DNA from: Diplonema japonicum
Taxonomy: Eukaryota; Protista; Euglenozoa: Diplonemea
Assembly: GCA_964019335.1 (NCBI GenBank)
Contig: OZ025669.1
Span: 186,001 to 250,000, forward strand
Reading direction: 5' to 3'
Length of the DNA: 64,000 nucleotides
The position numbers and the translations under genes are program-made. The notes beneath the pieces are model-generated. The model was given only the letters and a program-made list of their open reading frames with translations. It did not search any database and was not told the origin of the DNA. Below are positions 62,087-64,000 of this stretch, one piece after another (the first letter of the stretch is position 1; every line of letters begins with the position of its first letter).

Positions 62087-64000
62087 TCAAAGCTCGAGGG
62101 GAATGAGGCTGTGTGCGGAGTTACCAAGCTTCTCAGACTGTGTTTATGTTTTCCCCCCTTTTGTTTCCCCCTCCATACCAAAGCGCGGGCCTTAGCCGAG
62201 ATGTTCTCTTTCGTGAGGCCGAAGTGGTTGTACAGGTCCTTGGCAGGGGCGGAGGCACCGAAGGCCTTGAGACCCATGAAGTAGTGGCAGTAGCGTTCCC
62301 ACCCAACTCCGTTGTAGGGCTCGACACCAATAACAGGGGTGCCAGCGGGGAAGATGCTCTGCTTGTAAGCGACCTCCTGCTCATCGAAGATGGTGGTGCA
62401 CGGTGCGGAGATAACGGCAGGGGAGAGGTCACCGATGAGCTTGGCTGCCTCGATGCAGAGGGAGACCTCAGTACCGGAGGACACTATGATGACCTTCGCC
62501 TTGCTAGGGTCACCCATGACCGGGTACATGCCTCTCCTCACACCCTCCACCTTCGTCTGCGAGTACATAGGCACGCCCTGCCTGCTGAGCGCGATCACCG
62601 ACGTGGTGTTCCTCTTCTCCAGTGCTACGATGTACGACCCGCTGACCTCCGTCTGGTCGCAAGGCCTGAAGAACATCAGGTTCGGCGTCGCCCTGAGCAG
62701 TGCGGGAACCTCCACCGGCTGATGGGTAGGGCCGTCCTCACCCAGCCCGATAGAGTCGTGCGTCGCAATGTGGATGGTACCGCACCCGCTGAGCGCGCCC
62801 ACCCTCACCGCGCCCCACGCGTACGTCACGAAGTTCATGAAGGTCGCAACGAAGGGGATCATCGCACCATAGGCGGCGATCCCGTTGCCCATGGCAGCCA
62901 TCGCGTGCTCCCTAATACCGAACCTGATGTACCTCCCGATGGTCTGGTCCTTCGAAATGTCGTCGTTGCCCTTAGTCTTTGTCAGGTTCGACCCCGTGAG
63001 GTCCGCACTGCCGCCGATCATGTTGGTGATAAGCGGAACAGCAGCGGCAAGGGTGATCTCGGAGCACTTACGCGTGGCCACGGTCTCGCCCTCCTTCGAC
63101 AGGGGGAGCTTGTCCTGCCATCCTTCAGGGAGCTTGTTCTCAAGGAACGCCTTCAGCTCGCTGTGCTCTTTGGGGTACTGCTTGGCGTACGCGGCAAAAG
63201 TGGCCTCCCACGCAGTGGCCTTCGCCTTACCTCTCGAGATGGCTGACGAGTAGACCTTCCTCACCTCGTCGCTGATCTGGTACTTGGCATCGGGGTCAAG
63301 GCCGGCCTTTGCCTTAAGCTGCTTAATGTCTTCATCACCAAGAGGGGCGCCGTGGACCTTGGCAGTGCCAGCGAGCTTGGAGCCGTACCCGATAGTGGTC
63401 TTGAGGAGGATCATCGATGGCTTTGATTTCTCCGCCTTGCACTCGTTGAGTGCAGATTCCATGGCAGCAAGGTCGGTGTTTCCGTCCCTCACAGTCACTG
63501 TGTGCCAGCCAAGCGCGGCAAACTTGGTTGCAACATCTTCCGAGTAGGAAAGCGAGGTGGGCCCGTCGATCGTGATCTCGTTGTCGTCGTACACAACGAT
63601 AAGCTTCCCAAGGCCCAGATGGCCCGCGAGCGAGGTGGCCTCGCACGCAACACCCTCCTGCAGACACCCGTCACCGCAGAACACGTAGGTGTAGTGGTCG
63701 AAGAGTGCGGCGGAGGGCTTGTTGAACCTCGACGAAAGGTGCTTCTCGCACAGCGCAATACCAACCGCTTGCGCAATACCCTGTCCAAGAGGGCCGGTTG
63801 TTACCTCGACACCAGGGTGGCGGGGGTCCCTCTCAGGGTGCCCGGGGGTCCTCGAACCGAGCTGCCTGAAGTTCTTGAGCTCCTCAATGGGCATGTCGTA
63901 GCCGCAGAGGTGCAGCATGCTGTATAGCAGCGAGCAGCCGTGCCCGTTTGAGAGGATGAAACGGTCCCTGTTGATCCAAGCAGGCCTTGAGCTGTCGAAG
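62087..64000 (-). CDS. TKT: Transketolase (5' end outside window); 1 intron
   Basis: [69 protein letters not shown]; intron 62138-62178 gives C-terminus [16 protein letters not shown]. Confidence 0.96.

Noticed and set aside
35-63927. Plus-strand ORFs (e.g. 25196..26161, 62113..63246, 8656..9534)
   Set aside because: Antisense shadows of real minus-strand genes; no motifs of their own.
1-64000. tRNA, rRNA or SL RNA genes
   Set aside because: None recognised by eye; a covariance-model scan is needed to exclude them.

Overview
Eukaryotic nuclear DNA, most likely from a diplonemid-like euglenozoan protist (inference from a BILBO1 homologue, WCPPC tryparedoxin-type domains, strictly one-strand gene order and cis-spliced introns). 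I can support 23 protein-coding genes, all on the minus strand, consistent with one polycistronic, SL trans-spliced cluster. Non-coding DNA is rich in homopolymers. I reconstructed 21 tiny (31-54 nt) GT-AG introns (18 repair frame breaks, 3 are in-frame) plus one tentative one; they occur in dense, mostly 3'-biased patches. Recognisable genes: receptor-like kinase, DHHC palmitoyltransferase, BILBO1, tandem tryparedoxin/nucleoredoxin, GT77-like glycosyltransferase, SHIPPO-repeat protein, sterol desaturase-family enzyme, calpain-like protease, PhyH-like dioxygenase, dynein-2 heavy chain, class I methyltransferase, Skp1-like, UVRAG/Vps38-like, PPR protein and transketolase. Most striking: (1) a ~3,800-aa protein made of 28 tandem cyclic-nucleotide-binding domains with no effector domain; (2) a dynein-2 heavy chain whose N-terminus looks like a degenerate lysyl-tRNA-synthetase catalytic domain; (3) an intact lipoxygenase-fold gene lacking every iron ligand; (4) a metallothionein-like protein with a signal peptide. 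All homology calls come from motif recognition by eye and remembered reference sequences; no searches were run.
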